NCBI GenBank assembly: GCA_037380845.1
Contig: JARRRI010000067.1
Coordinates: 1-17,770, forward strand
Length of the DNA stretch: 17,770 nucleotides
DNA from: Candidatus Sulfobium sp.
GTDB taxonomy: Bacteria; Nitrospirota; Thermodesulfovibrionia; Thermodesulfovibrionales; UBA6898
Direction of reading: 5' to 3'
Shown: piece by piece, positions 16,500-17,770 of the stretch
Layout of the letters: every line of letters starts with the position of its first letter
Numbering within the stretch: position 1 is the first letter of the stretch
Made by a program: the position numbers and the translations under genes
The notes under the pieces: generated by a model
The model's input: the letters and a program-made list of their open reading frames with translations, nothing else
Database searches by the model: none
Told to the model about the DNA's origin: nothing

Positions 16500-17702
16500 T
16501 CAGGACTGTGCCTCACCCATCTCGACAGCCTGCCTGAATGCCAGGTCAAACCCCGGCAGGGCATTTTCAATAGTCTCATATCCCGGCGTAAAACAGATCC
16601 GGAAATGACCCGGGACGTCCATAGTGGAACCGGGGATACAGAATATATCGTGCCTGGCAAGGAGCTCGATAAAGGCTTCGTCGTTCTGCCAGGGAGAGCG
16701 GACGAGCATGTAGAAGGTTCCTTCAGGCAGGAGCACTTCATAGCCGATCGCCGTCAGTGCAGCGCAAAGGCGGTCACGCTTTCTCTGGAAATGGTCAATA
16801 TCTATCCTGATCCCGTCGAGGTCACCCAGGGCGTGCTGCAACAGGGCGTTGGGGAAAGACCAGCCGTTCATCATCTGTAGCCCGAGGAGGGACTTTCTAA
16901 TCAGGGCCCTTTCCGGCATCTGGGGAGGAAGCGCGATAAAGCCGATTCTTTCCCCGGGGGCAAGGAGCACTTTCCCGTATGTGTAGATCAGAAACGATTC
17001 GGGGTAAAAAGAGACGGGACTCGGATAGGGCTTCCCGTCGAATACTATCCTGCTATATGCCTCGTCTGAAATGAGATAAACGGTTCTGTCTGATTTCCGG
17101 CTTTTTGATCCAAGCATCTCGGCCAGGTCCCTGAGGACTTCCGAAGGATAAATTCTTCCCGTAGGGTTCTGGGGCGAGTTGATTATAACGGCCCGGGTCT
17201 TCGGTCCGATCGCCTCGTCTATCGCCCTCAGATCGAGATCGAAGGTCCCAGCCTGCGCCCTTATCCTGACAGGTACGCCGCCCGCATTGAGAATCATTCC
17301 TTCATACTGAAACCACGGAGGACTAATGAATATAACCTCATCGCCGGGGTCGACGATCGTTCCCAATACAACTGCAAGCGCCGCTATCGCTCCGTTCGTC
17401 AGGAAGATGTCTTCCGCCTCGAAAGGAATATTCCGCCATTGCTGCAGTGAACCCGCCACCACCTCGCGCGAGCCGGTCTCGTTCATCTTGTAGGCATACC
17501 AGTGTTTATTACGCGGCTCTATCCACCGGCTGTATGCATCGACAAGTTCCCTGGGTGGCATTTCGTGAGGGTTCCCTATAGTGAAATCGCAGATGCCGGA
17601 CTCTTCGCGCCTGCGGGACCATGTCGAGTCGTTCAGAAAATGAAGAATGGACGACATGGAATCAAGAAGTCTGAAAGACCGTACAGAGACGGGCCCGGAC
17701 AT
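16500..17702 (-). CDS. PLP-dependent aminotransferase class I/II (aspartate aminotransferase-like)
   Basis: GAGGAG SD; IGNP, INSPQNPTG, ISDEAY, YTYGKVLLAPGERIG (PLP lysine), PEGTFY, HFRICF. Confidence 0.95.
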   Translation of the reverse strand: MSGPVSVRSFRLLDSMSSILHFLNDSTWSRRREESGICDFTIGNPHEMPPRELVDAYSRWIEPRNKHWYAYKMNETGSREVVAGSLQQWRNIPFEAEDIFLTNGAIAALAVVLGTIVDPGDEVIFISPPWFQYEGMILNAGGVPVRIRAQAGTFDLDLRAIDEAIGPKTRAVIINSPQNPTGRIYPSEVLRDLAEMLGSKSRKSDRTVYLISDEAYSRIVFDGKPYPSPVSFYPESFLIYTYGKVLLAPGERIGFIALPPQMPERALIRKSLLGLQMMNGWSFPNALLQHALGDLDGIRIDIDHFQRKRDRLCAALTAIGYEVLLPEGTFYMLVRSPWQNDEAFIELLARHDIFCIPGSTMDVPGHFRICFTPGYETIENALPGFDLAFRQAVEMGEAQS

Positions 17703-17770
17703 TTATTTCTCCTCTTTGAATGCTTGCCTTATGGAAAGGGTACCAACAGAGGCGGACCGTGTCAACAGGC

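Overview
Bacterial accessory-type region; gene families and SD style suggest an anaerobic Desulfobacterota/Nitrospirota-like host (inference only). Intact genes: a DUF6982-like protein, a Cys-rich 4Fe-4S protein (5' end may be damaged), an MFS transporter, three exported proteins (one DUF1566/Lcl), a PAS-PAS-GGDEF diguanylate cyclase, signal peptidase I, an RluA-family pseudouridine synthase and a class I/II PLP aminotransferase. The main candidate for an undescribed system is a GC-richer minus-strand three-gene operon (13299->9958). It encodes a Zn-motif MtaA/CmuA (UroD-fold) methyltransferase, a ~589-aa protein I cannot assign, and a translationally coupled stand-alone LarC C-terminal-like domain; no corrinoid protein, activase or larB/larE is in the window. 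The left half holds many gene relics: a truncated PilZ gene joined to a headless GYD-domain gene, a doubly frameshifted pRiA4b ORF-3 gene, an SRPBCC stub and a decayed second copy of the larC-like 3' region. A ~26-bp dispersed repeat (GGGACGTTGATGAATTAGTTRACT) occurs 4-5 times; it forms one inverted doublet, abuts the larC-relic breakpoint and flanks exported-protein genes. A sigma-54-type promoter precedes a 55-aa Cys-rich ORF. All family calls come from motif recognition, not database searches.
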